The notes beneath the pieces are model-generated. The model saw nothing but the letters and a program-made list of their open reading frames with translations. It had not been told where the DNA came from and searched no databases. A DNA stretch of 64,000 bases from Phenylobacterium sp. (GTDB lineage: Bacteria > Pseudomonadota > Alphaproteobacteria > Caulobacterales > Caulobacteraceae): assembly GCF_030651755.1 (NCBI RefSeq), contig NZ_JAUSBZ010000144.1, positions 24,907 to 88,906 of the forward strand, written 5' to 3'. Below are positions 63,545 to 64,000 of the stretch, in pieces. The position numbers and the translations under genes are program-made. Numbering within the stretch: position 1 is the stretch's first letter; every line of letters begins with the position of its first letter.

Positions 63545-64000
63545 TCAGGCCTGCCGCGCCTGGCGGTCGCCCGGCTTTCGTTTGATGTGGCGCATCCCCT
63601 TGAAGACGCCGGTGCCGGTCATCAGCATGCGTTCGCCGCACCAGATCTTGCCGCGCACCGTGAAGACGTCGTCCTGTTCCGAGATGATTTCGCTGCCGCC
63701 CTCGACCCAGTCGCCCATCTGGGCGCCGGAGAGGAAGTCGGTGGTCAGTCGCACCGTGACCCAGCCGATCTCCCGCTGGTTGGAGATCACCCGGCCCCAG
63801 GCCATGTCGGCGAAGCTCATCAGCATGCCGCCGTGGCAGTTGTTCATGCCGTTGGCGTGATGCTCCTCCACCCGGAAGGCCATGATCTCGTTATTGGCCT
63901 CGTCCCGCTTCGAATAGAAGGGGCCGACCGTGCGGCCAAAGCCGCGCTGCCAGAGGTTGATCACATAGCCGTCCGGTACGACGGCGGTCTGGACGGGGGT
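63545..64000 (-). CDS. PaaI/hotdog-fold thioesterase (5' end beyond the window)
   Basis: Motif [17 protein letters not shown]. The reading frame stays open upstream of the track's GTG at 63964 (..[18 protein letters not shown]) to the window edge, so the true start is probably outside the window. Confidence 0.75.
   Translation of the reverse strand, partial: TPVQTAVVPDGYVINLWQRGFGRTVGPFYSKRDEANNEIMAFRVEEHHANGMNNCHGGMLMSFADMAWGRVISNQREIGWVTVRLTTDFLSGAQMGDWVEGGSEIISEQDDVFTVRGKIWCGERMLMTGTGVFKGMRHIKRKPGDRQARQA

Noticed and set aside
1-64000. Search for tRNA, rRNA, CRISPR arrays, transposases, integrases, phage genes or known defence-system genes
   Set aside because: I recognised none. The intergenic regions are short apart from 49298-49738 and 52408-52654. 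They lack tRNA-like T-arm sequences and regularly spaced repeats, and no ORF translation shows DDE/tyrosine/serine recombinase or phage structural motifs.

Overview
The window is a high-GC (about two-thirds G+C by eye) alphaproteobacterial chromosome segment. Its gene order looks like Caulobacteraceae. All calls come from reading the ORF translations and the DNA by eye; no searches were run.

Layout:
- 1-8.1 kb: the tail of an MCP, then a complete Caulobacter-type che operon (STAS protein, cheY, cheA, cheW, cheR, cheB, cheY, cheD, cheU-like, an extended CheY-like gene, cheE-like).
- 8.1-12.5 kb: a minus-strand operon of P450, APH-fold kinase, a small helical protein, DUF35 and a thiolase-like protein.
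- 12.7-17.3 kb: a conserved unknown protein, an alpha/beta hydrolase, and a MoxR(CoxD-like)/VWA(CoxE-like) pair.
- 17.3-19.4 kb: an orphan toxin/immunity-like pair.
- 19.6-22.2 kb: the two subunits of an IorAB-type molybdenum hydroxylase.
- 22.3-24.5 kb: a LemA-TPM-TPM triad.
- 24.6-30.3 kb: DsbA-like isomerase, SDR, HxlR regulator and two ABC exporter half-transporters.
- 30.5-34.3 kb: a divergent lipid-modification cluster (FAD oxidoreductase, DUF1365, CFA-synthase-like, DUF2177).
- 34.5-45.5 kb: acyl-CoA ligase, two sugar-nucleotide genes, thioesterase, patatin, two secreted unknowns and several oxidoreductases/hydrolases.
- 45.6-59.1 kb: yebC, a roughly 3.4 kb insert (mgtC, a degenerate RNase H-like gene, lysR, a frameshifted WrbA-like gene), then ruvCAB, ybgC, tolQRAB, pal, cpoB and tilS.
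- 59.1-64 kb: pntAA/AB/B, a CoxIV-like small protein, a hydrolase and a PaaI thioesterase that runs off the window.

I saw no rRNA, tRNA, CRISPR array, transposase or integrase.

The best candidate for something new is the 17.3-19.4 kb module. It encodes a 385-aa protein with a coiled-coil N-terminus, a Gly/Ala-zipper middle and a C-terminal domain encoded by about 47% GC DNA that carries a PD...EDK nuclease-like motif. A 308-aa two-domain gene follows it. The pair is wedged between CoxD/E-like maturation genes and a molybdenum hydroxylase. I recognise no known toxin-delivery domain, so both the function and the export route are inference only.
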